DNA from: Candidatus Bathyarchaeia archaeon
GTDB lineage: Archaea > Thermoproteota > Bathyarchaeia > TCS64
DNA: 64,000 bases
NCBI GenBank assembly: GCA_050014495.1
Contig: JBEKDF010000013.1
Coordinates: 1 to 64,000, forward strand
Direction: 5' to 3'
The notes under the pieces are model-generated. The model was not told where the DNA came from, did no database searches, and saw only the letters and a program-made list of their open reading frames with translations. The first letter of the stretch is position 1. Every line of letters begins with the position of its first letter. Of this stretch, positions 1 through 11,092 are shown piece by piece. The position numbers were made by a program, and so were the translations under genes.

Positions 1-344
1 GTTGAAGGGGATGGGTTCTACGAGAAGGTGAGGGGTTTGGGATATGCCCGGGATTGCCCCCAAATTCGGTGAGGGGGATTATGACCATTTTTAACCATTT
101 TAGGGACAAGCCAGCGCGCGCGGGCAGGATGACAGAGTTATCCTAATTAAGGGGTGGATGAACCTGATGCCTACTCAGGTATTTTCAGGTCTTAAGCCTC
201 TCATTCGGGGGGCCGTTGACAAAGACTGGGTTGAGCTTACTCGTAGAATGCCAGGGTTAGCCTAATGGCACCAAATACTCGGGAAATCTTAACCCAAATT
301 CACTTTGGTATAAGCCTCATCTTATCGATGAGAACGTACAGGAT

Positions 345-1742
345 TTAATCCCATTTTAGGCCGCAGTCTTTGAACTCGGCTTTAACCTTGGTTATGAGTG
401 ATTCGTAATCGGGGCGCGGTCTATGTTTTTGGAGGTCGTAGCACTCGGTGATAAGCTTCCCATTCTCAGGGGTTGGGGAGTTCGTCAACTTTTCGATTAT
501 GCCCTTAAACATGGGGTAGATATCGTCCCTTTTTACGCCTGCTCTCATCGCCGAATCGGAGGCGTCGATCATAAGTTCCACGTCCGCTGGTGTCTGCCCT
601 CCGTTCATCCGACTCCTGCTGACCCTTGGCGTGTATAGATTGGCGCCATTCACCGCTGCTTCGACGCTACGTAGGATCAGCTCTTCAAGGTGACTCTCTG
701 TGCATAGCTCGGAAACGGGTATTGGCCAATGCATCGGAATGCCCTTACAATTCCGGATTGTTGCCTGGTAGACGACTGACCTCGCGAAGTTAACGGGGAA
801 CATAGCGCGCTTCATGCCGCTGATGTGGTTGAAGTGCTCCACCCCGTTGTAGTAGAGGTTGTCGCGGTAGACCATCCAGGCGATGATCGTCTTAGCAAGG
901 CTCTCGATTATTGCGCCACCGGGTCCACCTGCGAATCCTCCCACAATTCCGAAGCTGCCGCTTATTCCGAAGTATCCGTGGCTCTGAAGTACGAGGGCCG
1001 CGGTGATCAGATCGTATTGGACCTTCACATCGGGTAGAACCGAGAGCAAGACGCCATCCGTGGGCCTTAGCCCGGCTACAGGATCGATGGTGGCGAGGAA
1101 CGAGGATGCCTTGGTGCTGATTGGGTAGTATACTATTGCTGCGCCTGGTCTTCCGGCTTTCCTGATTCCTTCCCTGAGCCATGCTACCTGACGCTTCGAT
1201 GCATAGGCTTCCAGTGGCTCACCATACAACTCGTATCCGTCAATGGCGGGGAGGTTGAAGCCCTCGAGGAAATCGAGTCGGGGGATCATCGCGAAGTTCT
1301 GGACGACGATATTCGCTAGATCCTCGGTGAAGGGTGCATGGTGGCCCGGCGCAATGTTGAGGGGCTCATGACCCTCGATCTTGTGCTGGTGCCAGACCCT
1401 CGTGTCTTTTCCCTCGCCCATTATGACCTCACTCTGCATCGCTTTGATGGCTCCTTGCACCTCTTCCTCCGAGAACCTGACTATTCGCTCGCTGTCGATG
1501 CATAGGCAGCCTACGTCGACGACGAACCTCACAGCCGCCTGCCACGCTGAATCAGCTAAGCTGTTATCAACGTTCAGCCAGTTTGATGGATCGTTTGGAA
1601 TCTCTATTTTATACTCCTTCTCCAGCTCCTGCATTTTCTTAAAGAGGGCGATGTCCCAATCCTTGATTGTTTTTTTAGGTCCCCTTCGCATTCGATCAAC
1701 GACTTCCACTAGGCTGATCATTATACTCAAGTCAATATCCAT
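345..1742 (-). CDS. mtmB: Monomethylamine:corrinoid methyltransferase (MtmB) family protein, no pyrrolysine
   Basis: 465-aa ORF with MtmB-like segments (LADSAWQAA, RIVRFSEEE, AGRPG, GGFAGGPGGA); no in-frame TAG. True start may be MISLVEV a few codons in. Confidence 0.85.
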   Translation of the reverse strand: MDIDLSIMISLVEVVDRMRRGPKKTIKDWDIALFKKMQELEKEYKIEIPNDPSNWLNVDNSLADSAWQAAVRFVVDVGCLCIDSERIVRFSEEEVQGAIKAMQSEVIMGEGKDTRVWHQHKIEGHEPLNIAPGHHAPFTEDLANIVVQNFAMIPRLDFLEGFNLPAIDGYELYGEPLEAYASKRQVAWLREGIRKAGRPGAAIVYYPISTKASSFLATIDPVAGLRPTDGVLLSVLPDVKVQYDLITAALVLQSHGYFGISGSFGIVGGFAGGPGGAIIESLAKTIIAWMVYRDNLYYNGVEHFNHISGMKRAMFPVNFARSVVYQATIRNCKGIPMHWPIPVSELCTESHLEELILRSVEAAVNGANLYTPRVSRSRMNGGQTPADVELMIDASDSAMRAGVKRDDIYPMFKGIIEKLTNSPTPENGKLITECYDLQKHRPRPDYESLITKVKAEFKDCGLKWD

Positions 1743-1862
1743 CTTCGACCTTAAATCATTAGATGAAGTGTAGTCTAATCATAAAGTCGGATCTTATTGA
1801 GAGCTTCATTTACCCGTTAATATGAAATAGGGATTCGATTAGTAGACTGTCAGTGAAACTTC

Positions 1863-2534
1863 TTGAGTATTGAGGAACGGGTTCTGCAGAAACTCTATGA
1901 GGCTGTGCTTAACTTCGACTCCACGGCCGCGGAGAACGCTGCGAAGGAAGCCATGGCTCTGAATATGGATCCGATTAAGGCTATCGAGGAGGGGCTAGCA
2001 AGGGGGCTTAGGGAGATAGGTGACAAGTTTGAGCGTGGTGAACTTTACCTCCCTCACCTTATCATGGGTGCGGATGCCATGGAGGCTGCCATCAAGGTCC
2101 TCGAGGGGCATATGACTCAGAGTGGATTAGAGGCGATAAACCGTGGAACCGTCGTCATTGGGACGGTCGAGGGTGACATCCACGACCTCGGCCTCCGCAT
2201 TGTCTCCTCAATGCTTAGGGCCAACGGTTTCAAGGTCTACGATCTGGGATTCAACACGAAGAGCCTGGACTTCATTGAGAAGGCGAAGGAGGTAAACGCC
2301 GACATAATCGCGGTCTCATCGCTGATGACTACCACCATGCCTTTCATGAAGGACCTCATCGAGGCATTAGAGGCCTCAGGGCTCCGAAGTAAGTTCTTGG
2401 TGATCGTTGGCGGCGGCCCAGTTACTGAGCAGTGGGCGAAGGAGATTGGGGCAGATGGATATGGACGAGATGCGGCTGAGGCGGTAAGGGCTGCTAGGGA
2501 GCTGATGAAGCGGAAGAGGGGATCAGCACCTTGA
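1863..2534 (+). CDS. Cognate corrinoid (B12-binding) protein, MtmC/MtbC/MttC family
   Basis: DxHxxG motif (EGDIHDLG), SSLMTTTM and GGGPVT..WAKEIGADGY motifs, N-terminal cap helices; TTG start. Confidence 0.93.
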   Translation: MSIEERVLQKLYEAVLNFDSTAAENAAKEAMALNMDPIKAIEEGLARGLREIGDKFERGELYLPHLIMGADAMEAAIKVLEGHMTQSGLEAINRGTVVIGTVEGDIHDLGLRIVSSMLRANGFKVYDLGFNTKSLDFIEKAKEVNADIIAVSSLMTTTMPFMKDLIEALEASGLRSKFLVIVGGGPVTEQWAKEIGADGYGRDAAEAVRAARELMKRKRGSAP

Positions 2535-3946
2535 CTTCGCCAAACCTTTGGGAGGTCCTTGATAGGGCGTGCAATACAGGTCCGGTGATACCTGGCAAGG
2601 ACTTCGACATGAAGTTGTTTCACACCGTCACAAGGCTCATCAAGGAACATGACATCAAGTACGACCCAAATACGCCGGTGACGAGCGATGACGGACTAGC
2701 CGACGAAGCGTGGAAGGCGGGGAGGGAATTATTTGAGGAGGTTGGGTCATACTGCATTAATTCGGGTAGAGTAATCAAGTTTGATTCCTCCGAGATCGGG
2801 GATGGATTAAGGGACCTCCGCGGGGATGCGGTAGTTGGCGATGGAGCAGAGAGGAGGGTTCTATCCCTAAGGAGTGTCGAGGATAAGAGGCCTCCATCCA
2901 TCGTTTGTGGGGGAGTAATTGAGAGCGACTTCCCCGAGGGTGAGAACTTCGTCAAGCTCTATCAGAGCATCGCTCAGGAGCCATTCATCGACGGATTCTA
3001 CGTGGGTCCGCCTCTGCACACATCTGAGGGACGACTCGTTAGATCGGGGACGCCACTCGAGATGCACAGCGGGAAGTCGATGGCAACCTGGGTTCGAGAG
3101 GCTGTTCGACGCGCAGGCAGGCCTGGGCTCCACTTCATCTCAGCGTGCACCCCGTCCATCGCGAATGTTGCGGCCTCAGATCCGATTGAGGGTATAAGGC
3201 GCTCAGATGGAATCGTGGCGACGATCATGCCGGAGCTCAAGACCGACTATGAGAACCTGAATAAGGTGACCTTCGCACATGACTACGGTTGTGTTAAGCA
3301 CATCTACAACGGCGGAATGATCGGGGGATGGGCGGGGGGACCCGAGGGAGCTCTCCTCGCGTCGATCGCTAACGCCTTGATGGCAGTCATGGTATACAAG
3401 ATCAATGTAGGCTCCTCTTATAACGCGCTGGGCTACCTCAGGGCTTCTGCCCCGAACTACAGCGCCTTCGTCACCCGCCCCTGCATCTGGGGTTCATCGA
3501 TAGGCAGCCAAGCCCTCTCAAGGAACACGAAGATCATCAACACTGGGCTCGCCATGACTAATGCGGGACCCGGTACGGAGATGCAGTTCCAGGAGATGGC
3601 CGCTGCTCAGTGCGCAGCAATTCCATGTGGCAGGGAGGGTCTCTCACAAGGCGCGAGGAGGTTTAAAGTCAGGCCCCTCCTAGGAAGCGGCCTAGAGAAC
3701 AGGTTCTGGTCTGAGGTTGGCTACGCCATGGCGGGGGTGAAGAGGGACCTAGCCAACACCATCGCAAACTCGCTGCTTGCTAAATACGAAACCAAGATCA
3801 CCAGGGAGTCTGATGGCGGTCCACCCGGATACACCTTTGACGAGATTTACGACCTAACGACTCTGAAGCCGAGGCAACAGTTCATAGATGTTTACGAGAA
3901 GGCGAAAAAGGACCTAGAGGACCTCGGACTAGAATTCAGAAACTAA
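2531..3946 (+). CDS. mtmB: Second MtmB-family methyltransferase, no pyrrolysine
   Basis: DDGLADEAWKAG, RVIKF, AGRPG, ELKTDY, GGWAGGPEG motifs; overlaps the corrinoid gene stop (TTGA). Confidence 0.87.
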   Translation: MTSPNLWEVLDRACNTGPVIPGKDFDMKLFHTVTRLIKEHDIKYDPNTPVTSDDGLADEAWKAGRELFEEVGSYCINSGRVIKFDSSEIGDGLRDLRGDAVVGDGAERRVLSLRSVEDKRPPSIVCGGVIESDFPEGENFVKLYQSIAQEPFIDGFYVGPPLHTSEGRLVRSGTPLEMHSGKSMATWVREAVRRAGRPGLHFISACTPSIANVAASDPIEGIRRSDGIVATIMPELKTDYENLNKVTFAHDYGCVKHIYNGGMIGGWAGGPEGALLASIANALMAVMVYKINVGSSYNALGYLRASAPNYSAFVTRPCIWGSSIGSQALSRNTKIINTGLAMTNAGPGTEMQFQEMAAAQCAAIPCGREGLSQGARRFKVRPLLGSGLENRFWSEVGYAMAGVKRDLANTIANSLLAKYETKITRESDGGPPGYTFDEIYDLTTLKPRQQFIDVYEKAKKDLEDLGLEFRN

Positions 3947-3974
3947 CATTCACGCGCGACAACAATACTGTTAA

Positions 3975-5880
3975 ATGGAAAAATGTCTTGGACTCATTAA
4001 CTTGAGTCCCTCAACAAAGGTGCTCTTCGAACCAATTGGAAAGAAGATAGACGCCTCCGCCAACGAAACCATTCTCGAAATCGCAACTCGAGCGGGCGTA
4101 GGTATTAGATCGGAGTGCGGTGGAATCCAGACTTGCGGGAAATGTCGCATTGTTGTGAAGAATGGAAGAGGGCTAACGAGCCTAACGGAAAAGGAGAGGC
4201 AGATCCTTTCCAAGGAAGACATTGAAGTGGGACAACGTCTGGCATGCGCCACTAGATTAGTCGGGGACTTGGACCGTTTGACAATCATGCTCCCCCCCAG
4301 GTAGCCTCGTTAGGGAACGGAAATTCATGGAGGAAGGTATAGAAGGTAAGGTGAAACTAGACCCAGCATTCAGAAAATTTGTCATCACAGTGTCTAAACC
4401 CGCTATAAGTGACAGGAGATCCGATGAAGTCAGGCTCCTGGACAGCCTCGGCGAGAAATACGGATTGAGACACTTATCAATCGACTACTCGGTTCTGAAG
4501 GATCTCCCTAACAACCTGTATCTCCCAGATGCTTTAACAGCAGTCGTTTGGAATGATTCCGAATTGATCTCCCTCGAGAAAGGCGATACGAGCAGTATCC
4601 AGTACGCTTTGGCCATCGATGTTGGTACCTCGAGAATAACTTGCTCACTTGTGGATACATCAACGGGGCACAAGCTTGCACGCAGGTCAATTGAAAATCC
4701 ACAGATAACATACGGCGAGGATGTCATGACTCGAGCCACCTTCGCTCAACTGAGCGATGAAAATCGAGTTCATCTACAGAAGATAGTTGTTGAGGGGATA
4801 AACCAGCTAATCGAAAACCTCTGCACCGAGAACGAAATCTCTCCTGCTAACATCTACGAGGCAGTGGTGGTGGGGAACACCGTCATGCACCATATGCTTC
4901 TCGGCATAGAGACGAAGCATCTTGCGATGTCCCCATTCGAGCCAGCCACCAAAGCACCAATCCATATAAAATCCGGGGAAGTGGGACTGAAAATGAATCG
5001 CATGGGCATTGTAACTCTATTGCCTATTATTGATGTATTTGTAGGATCTGATGCAGTCGGAGACATAATTTCGACCGGGTTATATCGCAGCCGAAAGCCC
5101 AGTCTTCTCCTAGACATAGGGACTAACACAGAAGTCATGCTGAGCTACAAAGGGATTGTATCAGCCTGCTCCTGTGCCTCTGGCCCAGCTTTCGAGGGAG
5201 TGCACATCGAGCACGGAATGAAGGCAGTGACTGGAGCGATAGAGAGCATCCGAATAAATGAAGGAGGCCTCGACCTGAGCTACGATGTGATAGGAGGAAA
5301 CAAACCCATCGGACTTTGCGGATCAGGAATAGTCGATGCAATCGCCCAGCTCCTTTCAAGAGGTATCATCGACAGAGTCGGCAGGTTCAACACCGCGTCC
5401 GAAACCCCGAGGCTGAAGAAACAGGGTGGAGTCATTAAGTATGTAGTAGCTTGGAGTGAGGAGAGTGATACAGGTAGTGAGATCACGGTTTCCCAGAAGG
5501 ATATCACCGAGGTCATACTTGCAAAGGCGGCGATCTACTCTGCCTGCGCTTCTCTCATGGCGATGAAGAAGTTGGGAATAAAGGACATAAACAAAATCAT
5601 GGTTGCAGGCGCATTTGGCAGCCATCTGGACAAGAATAATGCTAAGGCAATTGGGTTGTTACCAGCGGTAGATAACGATAAGATACATTTCGTGGGCAAC
5701 TCGGCTTTGGCCGGTGCTGAGATGGCCCTAAGATCAAGGAGTAACCGACTTCTATCTGACAGGATATCAGAGAGCACAATATATGTGGAGTTGGCGACGA
5801 GCAATGACTTCGACCGGGAGTTCACAGGAGCGCTTTGGCTGCCCCACCGTGACGCAAGTAGATTCCAAGTGAAAGCATAA
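3975..5880 (+). pseudogene. Corrinoid reductive activator (RamA/RACo, ASKHA/DUF4445 with N-terminal 2Fe-2S domain), split by a +1 frameshift
   Basis: 3975-4304 has the 2Fe-2S motif CGGIQTCGKC...RLAC; 4327-5880 has DVGTS, DIGTNTE, ASGPAFEG, GLCGSG, AGAFG. Removing one C from the C7 run at 4292-4298 joins them (..MLPPGSLVRERKFMEEG..). Confidence 0.85.
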
Positions 5881-6062
5881 TCGAATTTTAATGCGCACGC
5901 GTACACTCCACATCTGTGGCAGAGGATCTCCTTCGATACTCCATCCTTCACTACATTTCAGCCTTCTTAAATAATCTCCACGGAAGGTTCGGGCACTTCC
6001 TGACCTCCTCTTAAATTATTATGCCACACGTTTTATCTGAGCTTCATTAGCCACATTAAACA

Positions 6063-6980
6063 ATGGATGAGACCGATATAGACCTGAGCTTAACTTTACT
6101 CCAAAACAGTCGCGTACCCTATAGAGCACTCGCGACTAAGCTCAACCTCTCGGTCAACGCCATCCACAAGCGTATCCAGGTTATGATCGAGACGGGGATA
6201 ATAAGGGGATTCACGGCGAGGCCCAACCTGACAATTGGTACACTAAACGTCTACACATACGGCACAGCGATGGCTGAGCCCCTAAGGGACCTACCTGCTA
6301 AGCTATCGCGTAACGACTCAGTTTACTGGGTAGCGCAGGCGGGTGGCGGATACATATACGTAGGCGCATATGTGAAGGGGCTTGGGGAGCTTTCCGCCGT
6401 CAGTGACTACATCAGGAAGACGGCGGAGATGCCCAGCCCAACTGTAGGAATAATCGACTACGGCGGCAACATCAAGGCCCCGCCAAAAGAAGCCCTCGAC
6501 GCGCTCGACTGGCAGATAATCCACAGCCTCAGCGAAAACTCCCGGAAACCGGTTGCAGACGTCGCCAAGGACCTCGGCACATCCACGAAAACGGTGCGCC
6601 GCCGCTTAGATAGAATGATCAAAGAGAACCTCATTGAATTATCGATTAAATGGTACCCAGATGTATCAGATGATATTATGAGCATCTTCCACGCTAAGCT
6701 GGCGATGAAGGCAAGGGTCGACTCCGCTGAACTCCACCGCAAGTATGCCCCTCACCTCCTATACCAACTACACTTCAGTAACCTACCTGACGACCACCTC
6801 ATCTTCACCTGGACTAGGACAATGAAGGAACTTAGGGAGTTCAAGGAGAGGATAGAGAAAGAGCCATGTTTCAGAAGCGTTTCCATGAACATACTCTACA
6901 CTGGCGAGATCTTCCCGACGTGGAGAGACTCTCTGCCACTGAAGATGGGGTGGCCTGAGAATCCGCCAGTGCGTTTATAG
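6063..6980 (+). CDS. Lrp/AsnC-family regulator with two tandem wHTH-RAM units
   Basis: Two AsnC-type HTH segments (MDETD..NSRVPYRALATKL..; LDALDWQII..NSRKPVADVAKDLG..). Confidence 0.85.
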   Translation: MDETDIDLSLTLLQNSRVPYRALATKLNLSVNAIHKRIQVMIETGIIRGFTARPNLTIGTLNVYTYGTAMAEPLRDLPAKLSRNDSVYWVAQAGGGYIYVGAYVKGLGELSAVSDYIRKTAEMPSPTVGIIDYGGNIKAPPKEALDALDWQIIHSLSENSRKPVADVAKDLGTSTKTVRRRLDRMIKENLIELSIKWYPDVSDDIMSIFHAKLAMKARVDSAELHRKYAPHLLYQLHFSNLPDDHLIFTWTRTMKELREFKERIEKEPCFRSVSMNILYTGEIFPTWRDSLPLKMGWPENPPVRL

Positions 6981-7161
6981 CCTCCCCCGCACTTCACCTT
7001 TGTTTCAAAACCTCTGAAATCCGACGAAATGAGGTGATTCTTCCCAAACTTCAACCAGTTGGTTGATGGAAAGCCCACAAGACGACTCACAGTGTCTCAA
7101 ATCACTCCTAGCCAGTTAACATACATCTATAAGTGAAAATAACCTACTCGAAACCGGAAAA

Positions 7162-7911
7162 GTGCATGAGATGAACGCGATAGAGATAGAATCACTCAGC
7201 AAGAGGTTCGAGGACAAGACGGCCCTCGACGGCCTCAGCCTCACAATCCCTGAAGGCGAGCTATTCGGGCTCCTAGGACCCAACGGAGCCGGAAAAACCG
7301 TCACGATCAAGACCCTCTGCGGAATACTCCAGCCAACATCTGGCAACGCTCGAGTCGGAGGATACGATGTCCATAGGGAGCAGGAGAAGATCCATAAAAT
7401 AATAGGCCTCTGCCCACAGGAGCCAGCATACTTCGGCTACCTCAGCGGTAGGGAGAACATAGATCTCTTCGCCCACCTTCAAGGGGTCCCCACCAAGCAA
7501 CTGAAAGAGAACTCCACGCAGCTAATCAAGGAGGTTGGCCTAAGCGAGGACGCCGACCGGAGGGCCAGTAAGTACAGTGGGGGTATGATCCGCCGCCTCA
7601 GCCTAGCAATGGCCCTGATACACGACCCATCCATAGCCTTCTTAGACGAGCCCACCGTCGCCATGGACCCACAGAGCCGCCACGCGACATGGGACCTCAT
7701 TAGGGAATTGAAGTTCCGCGGCAAAACAGTCATACTGACGAGCCACTACATCGAGGAGGTTGAGGCGCTCGCTGACAGAGTTGGCATCATTGACTATGGC
7801 AAACTCATCGCATTAGGGTCACCAACCGAACTCAAGCAGAGGAACGGGGCAACGACCCTCGAGGACGTCTTCATAGCCCTAACAGGCCGCAAAATCAGGG
7901 AGGAGAGCTAA
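7162..7911 (+). CDS. ABC transporter ATP-binding protein (DrrA/multidrug type)
   Basis: GPNGAGKT, YSGGM signature, LDEPT, H-loop. Confidence 0.95.
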   Translation: MHEMNAIEIESLSKRFEDKTALDGLSLTIPEGELFGLLGPNGAGKTVTIKTLCGILQPTSGNARVGGYDVHREQEKIHKIIGLCPQEPAYFGYLSGRENIDLFAHLQGVPTKQLKENSTQLIKEVGLSEDADRRASKYSGGMIRRLSLAMALIHDPSIAFLDEPTVAMDPQSRHATWDLIRELKFRGKTVILTSHYIEEVEALADRVGIIDYGKLIALGSPTELKQRNGATTLEDVFIALTGRKIREES

Positions 7912-7913
7912 GC

Positions 7914-9047
7914 TTGAATACTTCGCGAGTTCTAGCCCTCGTGGGCAAGGAGCTAAAGCGGTTCACCCGTGAGCCGGCTGTCCTCTTCATGGCAATAGCC
8001 TTCCCACTCATCCTCACCCTAGCCTTCGGAGCCAGCTTCGGAGCCATAGGCGGGTCGGAGACCCGCTACCCAGTTGCCGTCGTGAACATGGACTCCGGGG
8101 TCTGGAGTTCAGCCCTGAAGACGGCGCTGACCGGGTCACAGGTACTCAACGTCCAGAACTACACAGATGCCTCGGCTGCGGGCGACGACCTCCAGCAGGG
8201 TAAGGTCAAGGCGGTGCTGATGATACCAGCGGACTTCACAACCAGCGTGGACTCATACAGGGCGAACCCGGGCAACTCAGCTCTATGGCATAACACTACC
8301 CTGGCTCTCTCAGTTGACAAGGGCTCAATGATAGCGAACGCTGCCGTCCCGCCGATAATCGAGCAGGTCATCGCGGCCCTAGTCACCGGCAAAAGCGCCG
8401 CGACTCGATCACCGGTCACTGTAGGTGCCCCCACGCAGGTGGAATCCCAGGTGATAAGCCAATTCGCATTCATGGCGCCGGGGATGTTTGGCTACGCCGC
8501 CATCTTCCTCATCATGATAGTCGCCGGGGCTATGACAGGCGAAAGGGAGCAGGGCATCCTGAGGAGGATAAGTGTCACCCCTACAACAATCGGGGATATC
8601 TTCGCTAGCCAAGTGGTTTCAAACATGATAGTTGGAGCCGTCCAGGTGGCAATGGTATACGCTGCCTCGTCCCTAATGGGCTTCAGGGCACAAGGCGGAG
8701 TGCCCGGAATCGCCATAGCGTTCCTACTGGTGATGATCCTCACAACCTGCAGCGTGGGGCTAGGCCTAGTCGTAGCCACATTCGCCAGAAACGCGGGAGC
8801 AGCGACTGGGATAAGCTTCGTCTTCATCCTCCCCCTCATGTTCCTCGGAACCTTCGTCCCGGCGCCGGAGAGCATCGCGAGGTTCGTCCCCACGTGGTAC
8901 GTCACAGACGCCTTGACGAGCATTCTTCTAAGAGGTGCCCCAGTGACAAGCCCCTCCATCCTACTGGATGTGTTGACAGTGTCAGTGGTTAGCATAGTCA
9001 TCATGCTCGCAGGAGTACTACTCTACCGCCGCTTCGGAAAATCCTGA
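7914..9047 (+). CDS. ABC-2 type permease
   Basis: Six-TM ABC-2 pattern with large external loop, EREQGILRRI motif; directly after the ATPase. Confidence 0.92.
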   Translation: MNTSRVLALVGKELKRFTREPAVLFMAIAFPLILTLAFGASFGAIGGSETRYPVAVVNMDSGVWSSALKTALTGSQVLNVQNYTDASAAGDDLQQGKVKAVLMIPADFTTSVDSYRANPGNSALWHNTTLALSVDKGSMIANAAVPPIIEQVIAALVTGKSAATRSPVTVGAPTQVESQVISQFAFMAPGMFGYAAIFLIMIVAGAMTGEREQGILRRISVTPTTIGDIFASQVVSNMIVGAVQVAMVYAASSLMGFRAQGGVPGIAIAFLLVMILTTCSVGLGLVVATFARNAGAATGISFVFILPLMFLGTFVPAPESIARFVPTWYVTDALTSILLRGAPVTSPSILLDVLTVSVVSIVIMLAGVLLYRRFGKS

Positions 9048-9060
9048 AGAGTGTCTCACC

Positions 9061-9429
9061 ATGAATATCAACCTAGCTGAGCTGAAGGAGAGGGCTGACC
9101 GGTCGAACAGAGGCGAATCCTACGAGATAATCGATAGGAATGAAGAATATCAATTCGGTGTGGGTTACGAGAGGGTCTCTGGATCGGAGCTGAGACCTTA
9201 CCTAGAGCTCCTCGTTTGTCTCTGCAGGGGCGGAACCCCTAAAATGAATGAGTTAGAGTCCCGCATCAGAATAATCAAAGCCATCGAGTCGCGGGGATAC
9301 AAGCTAACCTGCGAGGATGATGGCTCAATATCCTGCGAAGCATCAATGGATGAGACACTGATAGAGAGCGAGGTGGAGGCCATCTCCGACATCATGCGCG
9401 CGAATAGCCTTATCCTTACTTCAACCTGA
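9061..9429 (+). CDS. Hypothetical protein
   Basis: 122-aa ORF 13 bp after the permease, host-like composition. Confidence 0.65.
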   Translation: MNINLAELKERADRSNRGESYEIIDRNEEYQFGVGYERVSGSELRPYLELLVCLCRGGTPKMNELESRIRIIKAIESRGYKLTCEDDGSISCEASMDETLIESEVEAISDIMRANSLILTST

Positions 9430-9607
9430 TACTACGCACGCAAGGAAACTAACATGCTCGCGACACTCTGATCAGACGGACCTTATCGGGTTTGCCAGGC
9501 TGATTATTGTTCTGCTATTCGTTATGCGCTCGCGCGGACGAGTTGAACCGTTCCCTTAATCAAAGGTGTGTCCTGGAGTTCACTCACGTAAATTATTCGA
9601 GAGAGAG

Positions 9608-11092
9608 TCACGCAAAACGAGTCTTCATCATCAACTCATTACGCAGCCAAGTGCTAATCATGAACAGACTCGCCGTTTTTACGGTGCCAGCGGCAGCGTA
9701 TAACAAGTTCAGATCCTCAGGGGGCTTCGTCATGGCCTCGGGCATCATCTCCCTGATCCATGAATCGATCGATGCCGCCATCAAGTAGACGAAAAACGCG
9801 GGAACCTTGTTAGCCACAAGTTTGTCGTTCGGAACCCTCATAAGAAGATAGCCATAATCTGTGAATGAACGCATCTGCGGTATCAACTTAAGGGCATCAC
9901 GGTAAGGCTCGAACTCGCTCCTGATCGTCCCCCGAACCTCGTCAACAACCGCACCGGCGGTCTCCTCGATCTCAGACTTCGCCTGGTTGTGAATATCGAT
10001 AAGGTTCCCTAAGCCAGCCCTAGCAGCCTCCCCAACCGCCTTCACATTATTCTCTGAGACGTCTTTAAGCTGCTTCTCACCAGCCTCACCCAAAGCCGAT
10101 ATATTGGCGATGGCTTCGTCACCAACCTGTTTCACACTATCCTTGGAGGCGGTCTCCACCTTCACGATTGAAGATAAAGCTATATCTCTGATAGCGAAGA
10201 GCCGCACCTTAGTGATCTCTATATCTGCCTCGATCTCCTTAAGCTCCTCCGTCTTCGCGGCTGTCTCCGACCACAACCACTCAAGTCTACGCTCCTCCTG
10301 CAGGACCTCAATCAGGTTCTTAACCGATGTCTTTGGATCCCCCGCGATACCGAGTGTGTCGAGGCCTAAACGTATGCCCTCGATATCCTCGGAGGTGTAA
10401 CCAGCCTCATAGAAGGTCCCAAGTATTCTGATGGACTCCCCCTGAACATAGTTTATATTCAGCTCCTTATCCCTGGCGACCTTGAGCCTATTGATCTCGG
10501 ACTCAAGAGCCGTCTTAGAATCACGTAGGTCAATGATGTTCTTCCTCAGACCCGGCAGCTCGGCCTTCAGACTCTCCGTCTCCGAGAGGAAACCCCTGTA
10601 CATCTCAGCCGTATCAAGCCTCTGTATGAGCTCATCCTCATCCCCGAAGCTAAAACGCTCCAGCCGCCGGAACGTCGCATCAGATATACCCCTCTTAGAA
10701 TACTCATCAAGCTTCTTCTCCAACTGCTCGGTTCGCAGCTCCAGCTCGGACACAGACTTCTCCTTACCCTTGATCTCCTCCCCCAGCTCAACGGCGCTAA
10801 GAACCAACTTCTGAACCTCCACCTTCTTCTCCGCCACATCCCCCTTGACTGACTTATACTCATCCCTGATATTGGCCAAATCAAGGGACTCCCTCTCCCT
10901 CGACTTCCTAGCCTCCTCAACCTCACCAGCGACGAAGGAGAGATATTCCCGAACCGCGTCATACACCGGGCCCGGCGAAAACTCCCTCAAAAGCTCGGCA
11001 ATAGAAGCACCGCCCTTGAGCCTCTCAAGAACCTCCCCCCTCACGACAGCCTTCTTCCCAGGCCTACCCCTCCTCCGCGACATCCAGAACAC
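9608..11092 (-). CDS. Long coiled-coil protein with basic, HTH-like N-terminus; function unknown
   Basis: 494-aa ORF, RRRGRPGKK start, E/K-rich heptads. Start is probably MSRRR. Confidence 0.75.
   Translation of the reverse strand: MFWMSRRRGRPGKKAVVRGEVLERLKGGASIAELLREFSPGPVYDAVREYLSFVAGEVEEARKSRERESLDLANIRDEYKSVKGDVAEKKVEVQKLVLSAVELGEEIKGKEKSVSELELRTEQLEKKLDEYSKRGISDATFRRLERFSFGDEDELIQRLDTAEMYRGFLSETESLKAELPGLRKNIIDLRDSKTALESEINRLKVARDKELNINYVQGESIRILGTFYEAGYTSEDIEGIRLGLDTLGIAGDPKTSVKNLIEVLQEERRLEWLWSETAAKTEELKEIEADIEITKVRLFAIRDIALSSIVKVETASKDSVKQVGDEAIANISALGEAGEKQLKDVSENNVKAVGEAARAGLGNLIDIHNQAKSEIEETAGAVVDEVRGTIRSEFEPYRDALKLIPQMRSFTDYGYLLMRVPNDKLVANKVPAFFVYLMAASIDSWIREMMPEAMTKPPEDLNLLYAAAGTVKTASLFMISTWLRNELMMKTRFA

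Noticed and set aside
1..72. Open frame at the window start
   Set aside because: Too short and truncated to call.
345..3946. Evidence for methanogenesis
   Set aside because: MtmB homologues, Hdr and Ech also occur in non-methanogens; no mcr or mtr in the window.
4302..4304. TAG in the activase as a pyrrolysine codon
   Set aside because: The downstream domain is in another frame and a second in-frame TAG follows at 4311; a homopolymer indel explains it.
5891..6010. Possible zinc-finger gene remnant on - (KCPN...CHRCG) ending at the alternating tract
   Set aside because: Broken frame and too short to support.
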